Assembly (NCBI RefSeq): GCF_035594765.1 | Contig: NC_085841.1 | Coordinates: 302,817,402-302,881,401, forward strand | Source of the DNA: Anolis carolinensis | Taxonomy: Eukaryota | Direction of reading: 5' to 3' | DNA length: 64,000 bases | Shown here: positions 26,793-38,968 of the stretch, one piece after another | How positions within the stretch are numbered: position 1 is the first letter of the stretch | How the letters are laid out: each line of letters opens with the position of its first letter | Notes under the pieces: model-generated | The model's database searches: none | What the model was told of the DNA's origin: nothing | The model's input: only the letters and a program-made list of their open reading frames with translations | Program-made: the position numbers and the translations under genes

Positions 26793-27956
26793 TGTCAAGA
26801 GTCAGACGCCAATTAGCGAACAAAAATAGAGTTTATTCAGCAGATAAGCCAAAAAGTAATGCTAACACAGAAAAAACCTTGAAACACTTCACTATCAGTG
26901 CTTCAAGAGCAGTTCAAACAAAAATATAATTCAGCAACACAAGCAGGAAAAAACAAAGCTAAACAAACTTAGTGCAAACTGCACTTTCTGAGTCCAAGCC
27001 CTGCCAGCCGGCTCTGTAGTTTTCAAAGGAACAGTTCCCAAAAGAAAACACCAAATTGGTCAGGAAACAAACAAACAAACTAAGAATGCAGTAGACTGCT
27101 TCCACAATGTGGATAAAGCCGAAGGCTCCAAAAGGATGGTGAAAAGACGTCGTCCGGGATTCCAAGGTCAGGTCAGGAGATAACAGAGCAAGCCAAAGGA
27201 GTCAAAAGCCCAAAGAGCAAGCCAGGAGTCAAAAGCCGATAGTAGTCATCAATCACAGGGCGAAGGCAGTAGCAAGGTCAAATTCCGATCCAAGGTCTGA
27301 AGAAGGTGCAGTCATCAAAAACAGGTCCACGATAAGACACAGCGAGAGCCAAGCTAGGTGATAACAGCAGATTCAAATCATAGTCCAAGTCCAGTCTTCA
27401 AGGAAACACAGAGATCCCAATGGCGCCTCAGCAACACCTTGCCACACGCAAAGTGCAGTGGCCAAACATTCCCATTTTATTCCCCTTCCTCCTGGGTGAC
27501 CAAACACTCACACCCAAACACCAGGTGTCCCAAATCTACTCAGAGTCTGAGCTCCACACAGCTAGAGCTCGTGGATCTGGAGTACCTAGCAATTCGTCGG
27601 AGTCCCAATCATCCTGCCCACACTTAGCCCCATGAACACTTAAAGAACCATCCTCCCTTCTCCAAGCATCCCAATTGGGATCAGCTCCTGCAGAAACCCC
27701 AGGTTCAGAAGTATCCATAGACCCCAAATCCCCAGACATCTCCGGTGGCTGTGCCCATTCAGTGCCCGCTTCCCCAGCCACCACCTCTTCCTCAGCATCC
27801 ATCTCCCCATCTGAATCTTCCTCAGAAGATCCCCCATATAGCTCTCTAAGTCGCTTCCTGCGCAACTCCTCCAGTGAACCCTCATCACGAGGGTTTTTTC
27901 TTCCTCTTCGAATTCCATCCCCATCAACCATAATCCCCGAAGGCGCAGTCACAACA
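26793..27956 (-). mobile_element. solo LTR, family B copy 2
   Basis: TGT...ACA termini, perfect 5-bp TSD CATAA. Confidence 0.93.
27536..27955 (-). CDS. U3-encoded ORF of LTR B2
   Basis: open from LTR base 2 for 140 codons including stop; net 3-bp length difference from B1. Confidence 0.6.
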   Translation of the reverse strand, partial: VVTAPSGIMVDGDGIRRGRKNPRDEGSLEELRRKRLRELYGGSSEEDSDGEMDAEEEVVAGEAGTEWAQPPEMSGDLGSMDTSEPGVSAGADPNWDAWRREDGSLSVHGAKCGQDDWDSDELLGTPDPRALAVWSSDSE

Positions 27957-28269
27957 CATAAAAAAGCTTCCTCAACAGTTGCATAACTCAAAACGAAAGA
28001 AAAACCTTATATCATGGGCATGTTTAACCATATATATGGGCACATACTTAAAAGTTAGTGGCCGGCTGGCAACACAGCCAGCATAGCCTAAAGTAGAGTG
28101 CTATAGGATTGTAGTCTAGTTGTGTCTACAAATGTTTTGTAATTAATGAAGGTACCTTCATTACTATCTCTGCACAAGGTACCTTATTTGTATGAATACA
28201 AAAGTTGCAAAGAAGTGATTTGTGCAGAGATAGTTGAAGGAGCTCCAGTTTTCCATTTTGCTTTTGTCA

Positions 28270-28950
28270 AAAGCTGTTTATAAGCTCAAAGACCAGAGAC
28301 AGCAATCCACTTTATCAAATACTTTAATTCCCTTTCCAAATTTTCTGTTGACATTACTTGGTTACTGTGTAGCAACATTCGTAGTTCTTTGCCCCAGCTA
28401 GGATTTAGTAAGGAGTCCCACCGCTCTGGCCTACAGTCAATATTGGTAATAACAAAGATCTCTACTACCATCTGCAACCTACCTTGTTTAGGCTTATAGC
28501 ATGATTGCATACTCAACTCTCACTTTATCAAGATAGAGATTACAAGACAATACAGAAGAAAATTGTCTTATGATCATATTAACTGTTTTAGGCATCCAAA
28601 TCTCTAAATCTGTCCACTGTCCGTTCATGACATGATTTATTCTGCCCCTTCCTTTTCTGAACCAGCTTAGAGAGCTGGCATTTTTTTTTACTCTATACAT
28701 CATTAGTTCTTCTTGGAAAGCTTTGAGCATCAGTTCAATAGTTTGATGTTGATTACAGACCCTGGTGTCCTCTTTCTTGCAGAATGAAATTTATAATTAG
28801 TCTTTCTGGACCACTATTTTGTTTTCCATATTCATTGGCAGATTTTTGTTAGAACCTGAATGAATTTTATCTCTCAGTTTGAAAAACTTCCATTGGTAAG
28901 CATTCTAAACCTGATTATTCATCTCTCCCAAGTGCCTACAGGACCCTTTC
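28270..28950 (-). mobile_element. possible highly decayed L1/Tx1-like LINE fragment
   Basis: broken peptides such as WTDLEIWMPK and KWIAVSGL reminiscent of LINE RT; weak. Confidence 0.3.
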
Positions 28951-30582
28951 CACTTCAATTTCCATTATCATGGGTTGAGTGTCACATCATTCTTCCTTGA
29001 AGGAATCTGTCATCCTTTCATTTCTTTTCTACAGTTTCTGCATTGCTTCCATTATCTTTATTTTATATTGATTACATACTGTGTTTTTATTGGTCATGTA
29101 ATGTCTTTGCTCTTGGTTTGAATTTTTATTTCTCAGTTCTTGTGGAAGGGGTCGTCTGGTTAGTTTTCTTTTTCTGTTTCTTTACATTGATTTTTATAAC
29201 AGTTTTATAATAGTTATAATAGACTCTACCTTCAGCAAGGCTACTGTCAGCATAGTCTCTTACTTCACTGGAGGACACAATCCCACCAGCATAGATCAGA
29301 AAAAATTATGGAGCCAGCTTAATAAACCAACCACTCTAGTTGCCAAAATAGTTTCAGCAGACAGGCATCAAACCTTGTGAAGACATGAAGGCAAAAAGAC
29401 ATTGTTTTATAAAGGCATTCCATTTGTCCCACACAGGAACGTTTTGAAAGCATAAAGCCTAAGTGTTATTTTACTGTATAGATTCTAAGGCTATTGCAAT
29501 TTTAAACAATTCAGTAATAAAACTAGAGCATAAGGGCAAGATTGACAGTGTTTTTTGTATGTGACTATAATTAGACATTATATTTCTCTACAAAGGAGAC
29601 TATGCTGGCCTCCCTGTTCTCTTTCAACCAAAAGGCAAAAAAACCCCAACTGTTAATTTTTAGGTAGGGCTTGATTTTGTGACACCACCCCTCACCCCGC
29701 CCTCAAAATTATTTTTATTGTAAGATATATAAATTATCGATTTGATTCCCCTCCTATGAACAGCAAAGAGACCTGGGAATGAAATATATCTCAAAGTTAT
29801 TATCTTAGGTGTCGATTGACAGACTCCCAGTTTAGTCAAGCTTTACATGTGTAATTTGTATGATAACTTTACTTTTGATTCAAATTGTAACACTATACAG
29901 GCTTTTAAAAATGATCCATCTGATTCCAGAATGTATAGGCTAGTTAGTTTCCAGACATGACATATAAATTTAATTCTCAGCATCAGTGTCATAAAACACT
30001 CAATAGGGATTGAGAACATGTTTTAAAAACTCTTTCTCTTTACATTGTGAAATGAAGGAAATGTGGAGGGACATCTATTGCAATTTCCTTCTATATATCA
30101 CATTCCGTTTATGTTTGGACTGGCCCAGAGAGGGCTACAAGTGAAGCTATACATCTCAGAAGAGGTTTGCAACAACGACACAGATTTGGTCTTCAAAGGT
30201 TAAATATTTTCAGCTTTTTTCTCCATTTATATAGCCCTGCCAAAAGCTTCTGACCAGATGAACGCACATCACTATGTCGTCAGCATATCATTGACATTTG
30301 GTCTTGTATATTACTCTACTGAGGCCCAGCTGGCTGGGAGGAAAGGAAGAAGTGACAGCTGTAAGCATATCTTTTGTCTCTGTAAAGCTTGGCCACAATT
30401 TTACCATGCTAAATTTGTGCTGTTGTTTTCATAACTTGGCAGTTAAGCAAGGAATTCAAAGGTCTAGCTCAAATGCAGCTAAAGGCCAAAAACTAGGATA
30501 TAATAACATTTTTGGTCAGTAAAATTACCTTTGTTTTGTTCTGAATTGTGTATTCAACACTGGTGACTGCAAGAACAATTTA

Positions 30583-30903
30583 CAGTAGTCTCACTTATCC
30601 AACATAAATGGGCCGGCAGAATGTTGGATAAGCGAATATGTTGGATAATAAGGAGGGATTAAGGAAAAGCCTATTAAACATCAAATTAGGTTATGATTTT
30701 ACAAATTAAGCACCAAAACATCATGTTATACAACAAATTTAACAGAAAAAGTAGTTCTATACGCAGTAATGCTATGTAGTAATTACTGTATTTACGAATT
30801 TAGCATCAAAATATCACAATGTATTGAAAACATTGACTACAAAAATGTGTTGGATAATCCAGAACATTGGATAATCAAGTCTTGGATGAGTGAGACTCTA
30901 TTG
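30583..30903. mobile_element. Tc1/mariner MITE (same family as 8902-9217)
   Basis: cagtagtctcacttatccaac...ggatgagtgagactctattg, TA flanks. Confidence 0.85.
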
Positions 30904-31208
30904 TACTAGAGATCAGCAAGTGCTTGGGGCAAAGTCCTGTTAGGCTGTATTCCCATTCCTATCTGAGCTGCCAAAAATCCATCTACTGTCATCTGATAGC
31001 CATTATCTACTGCTTTTTAACTATACTTTTCCCTCAATGGGTAATGCATGCTTTATAGATAAGCAAATATGTAAAATAGACTCCTTTTTCTGATTTTCAG
31101 TTCTATGGTTTGCCCAGTGTTCATTAATTTGTGGTAAAAGGCCACTGGGAGAAAAGGACAGGAAAACAGTTCTGACCTGTCCTCAGAAAAGTTAGCTGTC
31201 CTCAGAAA

Positions 31209-31620
31209 GGGGCTGCGGTGGCACAATGGGTTAAACCCTTGTGCTGCTGAACTGCTGACTTGGAGGTTGGCAATTCAAATCTGCGGAATGGGGTGAGCTC
31301 CCACTGTTAGCTCTAGTTCCTGCCGATCTAGCAATTCGATAATATGCAAATGTGAGTAGATCAAAAGGTACAACCTCAGCAGTCATGCCAGCCACACAAC
31401 CAGAAGGTGTCTATGGACAATGCAGGCTCCTCAGCTTGGAAATGGAAATGAGCACCGCCTCCAGAGCCAGAAATGAAAGGAGAAGCCTTTGTCTTTATCT
31501 GTGTATTTGTGTTTCATTGTATTTCATTGTAACAAGGCATTGAATATTTGCCTGTGTCTGTTTATATGCTGTAATCTGCTCTGAATCCCCTCAGGGAGGA
31601 GGGCAGAATATAAATAAAGT
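31209..31620 (+). mobile_element. SINE with Sauria-like head/core and L2-like tail
   Basis: ggtggcacaatgggttaaac head; tail ctgaatcccctcagggaggagggcagaatataaat. Confidence 0.65.
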
Positions 31621-33227
31621 GTTGCTATTACTACTACTAGTACTAGTAGTAGTTATTTTCCTTTAGTACTTCCTTACAGGTAACTTAAGAAGACTCATCA
31701 GTTGACAAGTCCATAACAAACTCTACTCCAGGTTCCCAAATGGAGACAAAGTGCACACATATAAACACAATATAACTCTCTTTCAGTCTCCTCCCCAAAC
31801 CCCACTTTTTACTGCTGCAACTCACCCAATATGGCCCATTTCCTGGCGAATGGAAAATTAACACTGTTTTCAGGAGCCTCTGGAGCCCCCCCCCCCCCCC
31901 CCCCCCAGTTAGTCCAGAGGGTGCCTGTTACTGTGTGTATATATACAACTAGAGGAAAATGGCTAAAAGCTTCTCTGCTGTTCCCCTTCCTCTCTATCAG
32001 CCAAGATATGACTGTGTTGGGAGGACTGCTGCAGAGAAAAGATAAATGTGTGTGTATATATATATTGGTTACTAACTGATTTGGACCCATACTCAGTAAC
32101 AGATTGTGAGCCAGTCAGCAACTACTAAGAGAAGGCAGTGCTTTAGTTGCATTTCTGCAGAGACTCCCAATATATATACCATTTTCAAGATCGTTGTAAC
32201 ACCTGTGGGTCTTATGCTGTCATTTCAAAATCAGAACTCAAATTCTGGTAACTTGCTTCCTTTTTTAAAATGCTCTGCACTATTTTAGATCACCCCTTCT
32301 TTTCAAACAGCATTTAAAAATAAACTTCATTGACATTTTTCAGTTGAAAACCGGTGGTTTTTCAGCCATGTTTTTTTCCCCTCATTGGTCTACTTTCACT
32401 TATGTTGCTCAAACAATGTAGACATCAATTTTAGATTTGAAGTTGGTTTTGCCTCCTCATTTTATTGGAATTCCCAAGATCAAATTTCAGCTTCAAGTCT
32501 ATTTTATTCAAAACATAGTTCCTGAGAACCAAATTAATATTCATTATATTACAAGTCTCAGTCTAGTTACAACTCCATTGCTCATCTGAACAAATTTCTT
32601 AGTAAGCCCAGAATCTAACTCCCTCTGCAGGAATTAGGACTGGCAGTAAACTTGTGCCTCCAGATGTCCAGTCTCCTTATAAATAAGCCTAATGTCTTTG
32701 AAAGATACCCAGTGGAATACTTTGAAAACCTCGGTACCTTTATCCTTTTTCAATATTTAGCTACCATATTATTGTGTACATAGGAGTGAGCATGCACTGG
32801 AGGTCAGGGGATCACTTTCAGCACCTCTATACCTCATTCAGCCTGCAATATGGCACCAGTTGGAAGATACATTTCTTCTAGGCTGGCCCCTACCCCAACC
32901 CAAATTCACAATGCAAAATAGCGGTTTAGCAAAAAAAAAATTACCTTCCTACTTTTTTGGCAAAACATTATGTAACATTTTTAAGGTTTAGAAATGGCCT
33001 GAGAGCCATGTACAATCCTACCCCAGCTACAAGAAATAAATTAAGTCATAAATGTGGATGGGGAGAAAAATCTTTCTTTGTCACTCTTAAGATTTCATGC
33101 TTAAGATGTGACTCTCCAGATGTTGTATTTCATCATCCACAAATCTTCACTACTGGTTCTCTTGAGTAAGGGTGATTGGACATGCAATCCAACTACACTT
33201 GCCCACACTTACTTAGCAGTTTCATGG

Positions 33228-33832
33228 TGTTGTAGGCACCTCAAAACCACACTGGAGCCCCAGAATATAAGCAAACAAGTTGTTTATTGAAGGTTATAAG
33301 CACAAGCAAATACAATTCAGAGTCAATAAAATGGGTTTAAATCCACAAGAGCAATGTACTTGAAAATCTTAAAGCAAAAGTCTAAGAAAGTCACTCAAAG
33401 AATATAGTCCACACCAGATATAGAACTCAGTCCCACAAAAGGCATCAAGAATAGTCCAAACAAGATTCAATTCGAAGACATGAGACAAACTGGAACCACA
33501 GAAAACAAGACTACACTGCAGAATCAAACTCCAAGGTAATCCAAGGTAATAGAAATCCAAAGAGCAAAGTTACTGGAAATTCAACTGGATTCAAAGGCAA
33601 AACAAGACTGGAACTAGAATGTCCATCTGGCACCTGGAGATCTGGCCTTGACTGCAGGGAGGAATGTGGTTCACAATGCCTGCTTGCAACCATCCGGTCT
33701 CTGGTCCCAGAATCCACTGGGACAAACTCTGGCTGCATGTCAGGCCCAAACCCAGAGTCATCTGGCAAAGTAGGTGTAGGGACAATTACTGGCTGAATAG
33801 GCCCAATCTCAAGATCAGGCTGAGCTACAACA
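33228..33832 (-). mobile_element. solo LTR, family C, 605 bp
   Basis: perfect 8-bp inverted termini tgttgtag/ctacaaca, 5-bp TSD CATGG, minus-strand AATAAA at 33288-33283; ORF 33831-33511 from base 2. Confidence 0.9.
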
Positions 33833-36800
33833 CATGGAGCATTGTCTTGCCATTCTCCTTTATGAGGTAGAGCATGTAACAAATGCATGGAAGCTCTTCC
33901 AGAAAGCTGAATTAGATAAAACCAGACTGTGTGTCCATCTAGGCAAACACTAGCAGTGACCTAAACAGAGCTTTTCAGAGCATATGCCCATCCTTTTTAA
34001 AAATGGATTTGAAATGTCAGAGATCAAGCTTTCCATGTGCAAAGCAAGTGTTTCAAAATAGTCCTTTTGTGTAAGAGCAAACACATTTAATTCTTTTTGT
34101 GATAGGAGTATCTTTTCTGTTTTTGCTGACATAGAAACTGTCGTACTTTTAAAAGCCCACTGGATTTATGTCACATAATATCAGCATGGAATGGGGAGCC
34201 CGCATGGTACAGAGGTTTCAATATTGGACCAAGGCTCTGGAGAACAGGGTTCTCATTCAGCATTGGAAAGCCTGAGAAAAAGACGAAGGCACCTCCCCCA
34301 AAAGTGTTGCCACAAGTCAGGAAAAAAACTGAAGGCACACAACAATGCTATCTTATATTGAGTTACACTATTTCATCCAGTTCCCTTCTATTGATTCAGA
34401 CCAGAGTATTCAAAAGTGGGAACTGTACAACCTGAGGGCTTGATTCAGTCAAGGCCCCCAGTGTGATCCTTCAGCCCTAGATCACGGGGGGGGGGGGGGG
34501 GGGGGTTAGTCACCAAAAGGTGCCCAGTGCAGTCCTAAGCTCCTAATGACTCCTCAGTAGAGAGTCACAGTCCTGCAAAAGGGTGTTCATTTTATATTGG
34601 AGAGGGCAAGCAAACCTTCTGAGGGCCTGAAATAATTCCCCTCCCCAAAAGTGAATATGACAATTTTATCACTTCTGATTTTGACATAAAATAGGGGATC
34701 TGAGGGGAATTAAAATATGGCAGAGGTAACTTCCAGATCCAATTTAACCAACCACCCCCTATCTAATCCACACTAACTAGCACCAGCTCATTTGGAGCTT
34801 AGGCAGAAGCATTTCTTGCTCTATTCTCTCATCGTTCAATAGAAGAATGAAACTAGCTCTGCATGTCAAGCAGGAGTGGGACATATGTGACTCTTCAGTT
34901 CCTGTAAGCTGCATCAAGCCTAGCTAACTGTAGCTCACAACATCTGCAGGGCCACATATTCCCCATCTGTGAAGCTGAGCAGGAATTCTTCAGTTCAGTT
35001 AAACTCCTTTTCAAATGCATAGGTAGGAATGTACTTCATAAGATGGACAAAAAAGGACATCACATGGGAAGCTGGCCCTTCCCTCCTCTTCTCTCTTTGC
35101 CTTTCTTTTTTTATCTCCTGACCTTAGTGACATTGTGAATGTTTTATGAATCTACACATACTGTCCAATTCTGATTTATTGTATAAGTCAGAACCAAATT
35201 ATTAACTTTCTAACTTGAGGTTTTTTTAGTCACTGAGGAAAAATGTACTTGCTGACCAAGAAGAAAGATAAGACACTTATCACTTATCACTTCCTAACTT
35301 ATCAATATAAACTGGAGTGGTTCCTATCACATCAAATGCTTTGAGCATTTGGTTACACTGATGACTGAGTATCTCAATGACTGAAGTGTCAGCATGTATT
35401 TGTGTGCCTTCAAGTCACTTCTTGATTTATGGTAACTCCATGAGTTATCTCAAAAAGGAACTTTTGGAGTATAGAGGTTGGACAAATTGATGGCTATTAC
35501 TATGTTACCAGATTGATTTTAATACTCTTTTTTGAACTACCATAGGAATGATCTGCATGGTGACACAGAGCTTCTATTTGGTCTCAAAACATATTGGCCA
35601 TTTCAGTATTTGTTGGTTCTTAAGGTGGCCTGTAACAGCAAAATGAAACTGTGCTACTAATGTTTTTATTAAAACAAATAAATTGCTGAAAGACCGTATC
35701 TAGCAGGGAGGGGCTTAGCAGAAACAGACCCCTCAGTCCTGATAGAGAAAGTTGGTGCATGTGCATGTATGTGAAAATCTCCCTTCCATATCCATAGGGG
35801 GACCAAGAATGCACAATTATGCTCCAAATAATTTTAAGAACAGACAGCAACAGAAGAATAAATCCGAAGTCAGCCAGAGATGAGAAGCTGTAGGGAAAAA
35901 ATAACCAGTCATTTACTCTTCACCTTGTACTCTAAAACGGGATATAAAGGTTTACATGTTGGAGGACATAATCTTTTTCAAACAGAAACATGCCAACTAG
36001 GAGAAAATGGCTGCCCCAAACTCTGTATTAACCAACTCCAAAAAGGTTCTTTTTTGGTGTAAAATCAAGTTTGATGTAAAAGCACGTGCACAACTACTAA
36101 GACATGCCAATTTGTGTTTAAACAATGAGACAAAGTATTGCATGAACATATCAGCTTTGTGTAAATGGTGAAGCAATCAAAACTACTTATCTTTTAACCT
36201 GAGTTGAAACATATCCAGCCCTTTCTTAAGTAAACCAGATGCTGACACTCACATGCAAGACACATAATTATAATCAATCATGTTAGTCAAATTAAGAGAA
36301 CAAAAATACTTTAAAATCTTGCTGAGCTACAGCTCTGATGAAGCCAATCCACAGTGCCACTGATTTACAGATTTTAACTAAGTGACAGATACTGTGGAAT
36401 TAATGCAATTTGAAACCATTTTAATGCTTGTGGTGTGGAGAGACATCATCACTCTTTGCCAGAGAAGGCTAAAGACCTTGTAAAACTACAAATTCCATGA
36501 TTCCACAGCATTAAGCCATGGCTGTTAAAGTGGTGTCAAAATGCATTAATTCTATAGCGTAGGTGCACCCTGTGTTACAGGAAAAGACTTTTTACCTTGG
36601 AGACACAATTCTTGCAGTTTAACTTGTCTTGTCAAGATTATTACTTAGTAAACAACTTCCAATTTAATTTTATATACCACCCAAAGCTTGGCCCTGGTAA
36701 CAATTTTAAGTTTATTAATATCACTGCCATTGGTGGCTCAAGACTTAAAGGCCTCCATGGTAATTATGCATCTATTCCAATTGGTACCAAGGCACGCGCA

Positions 36801-38326
36801 TTCTGCAAGGCACACTCTTAACTTGGTTTTCCATACTTGAAGGGATGACAGTTATCTGGGAAAGCAAGAACTATCTATAATTCTGTTTTTATGAATAGAT
36901 CACTTCCTGGTGTTGTTCAGATTTACTGGATCTCACAAACTCTTCAACTACAGGGAGCTGATGAACCTAAATAATATTCTGGCAGGTCTTGGCAATTTCT
37001 TTGTGGTCTCAGCAGGTAATCCTGTCAAACTCCTGGCTGAATTACAAAATGGCCTGAGAGTCCTCTTCCACTGATTAAAGCTAAACAGGCTCCCTGTTAT
37101 TCTTGAAAGTCTGAGGCAACAAAAGGAGTGAGAAAGTTATGCTGGTAGAAAACTTGAGATTTAAATCTGACAGAACAAAGTCAAGCTTGGAGCTAATTTG
37201 ACTTGAAAACAAGCAAGTGCCCTTCTGAAGACCTATTCCACAGACGTAATGCTGTAGCTCCACAAAGTCAGGCAACTGAACGCTTTCAAAGTAATATTGG
37301 AATCAGGTCTATGAACAGATATAGAGCACTAAAAAGCCTACTGTGATCAATCTGCAAAACATTTTACAAAACAAAAATGTTTGAATACATTCTGAATTAC
37401 ATCATTCGGTATGTGATTATACTCTGATGGATTTCTTTTCCCCTTACCCTTCTTTTTTTTATCCTGACATATTTGCCTGAAACTCCTTTCAAGTCCTTTA
37501 TGTAAGCATCTCCCTATTCTCCAGCACATTTTCCTTAGGCCCAAGCACTCTTCCTAGCATCCTCTAAACAGAACATATGACTTTACCTGTCTCCATATAC
37601 TGGGAGAGATTCCAGCCACTACATGGGCCCCGGGACTGTACCTCTTTTATCAAGTGGCATAGCCACTTGTACTCCAAGAGTCCTGACTTCACACGACAGC
37701 TTCTGTCCATATTCTGTCTCAAGTACATTAATTTCTCTTTGCTGCAGTAATCCTCCAGTACAATATCTCTCAGCCAAACATTTTTCAGAGTTTTTTGGAA
37801 AAGCCTACATTTTAATCATAAGAGCTGTTAATTCTCTGTATGGGTAAAATCAAATGAATTAAAAATATTATAGATGAGTGCAGCAAACTGGAAAAAGAGG
37901 AATGGAATGATATAGGACCTCACTTGCAACCCAATATGATCTAAAAGCAGCAGCTTTGCCATCTGAGGATTTAGTACGGACTATGAACTGAAGTTCCCTC
38001 ATTCCTAATCAGCATGGAAGTCTGGCAAACTTTGGAAGAGGCAGGGATAACACCACAACCCTTCATCATCCCTTTCCATTTCAATTCTGGACTTGCACAT
38101 AGGATGTTTATTACAAAGTCATCAAAGACACTATGCAGGTTGGGGAGGAAAACTGCTCTGTGGGTCCTTGAAGTATAGCTGTGCTTTACTTTCTCTGCAG
38201 CCAGCTTAGAAATCAAGTGAACAGGCAAAATAATTTTCTGCCCCTCTTCCACCAATGTGGTCACTTGCCAATATGACATTCCATATATTTACCATTATGA
38301 CCAGACAAGCTCACAAATGTTATGGC

Positions 38327-38327
<1 letters not shown>

Positions 38328-38390
<63 letters not shown>

Positions 38391-38968
38391 CTTTATTTAT
38401 ATACCGCCCTATCTCCTGGATGGGACTCAGGGCGGTTTACAGTCATAAAAGCAACACAAACATTACATAACAACATAATACACATTATTAAACAAAGTAA
38501 AATAATACAATTATAACAATAAATCACACTTACATGACCAGATCAAGGGGACGGGAACCATAAACCCAATATATTAAAATGTATCATTTTAGGCTAGGGA
38601 AATCTTGTGCAATATATTCAGGCTCAGAAATCGGCGGTAATCCAATATAATTACTCAAAAACGTGCCGACACCACCAGGTCTTCAGTTCCTTACGGAAAT
38701 TGGATAATGTAGGGGATTGCCTGATCTCTTTTGGCAGTGTATTCCAGAGCCGGGGAGCCACTGCCGAGAAGGCTCGTTCCCTTGTCCCCACCAGCCGCAC
38801 TTGAGACGGTGGTGGGAGCGTGAGAAGAGCCTCCCCGGAAGATCTCAAGGTCCGCACTGGCTCATAGGGGGAGATGCGATCACGGAGATAGGTAGGGCCC
38901 GAGCCGTATAGGGCTTTATAGGTCAAAACCTGCACCTTGAATTGGGCCCAGCAGTTTATCGGCAGCCA
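38328..38968 (-). mobile_element. L2 LINE 3' fragment (ORF2 C-terminus, 3' UTR, (TTA)n tail)
   Basis: WLPINCWAQFKVQVLTYKALYG...RAFSAVAPRLWNTLP is a typical L2 ORF2 end; tail at 38328-38386. Confidence 0.9.
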
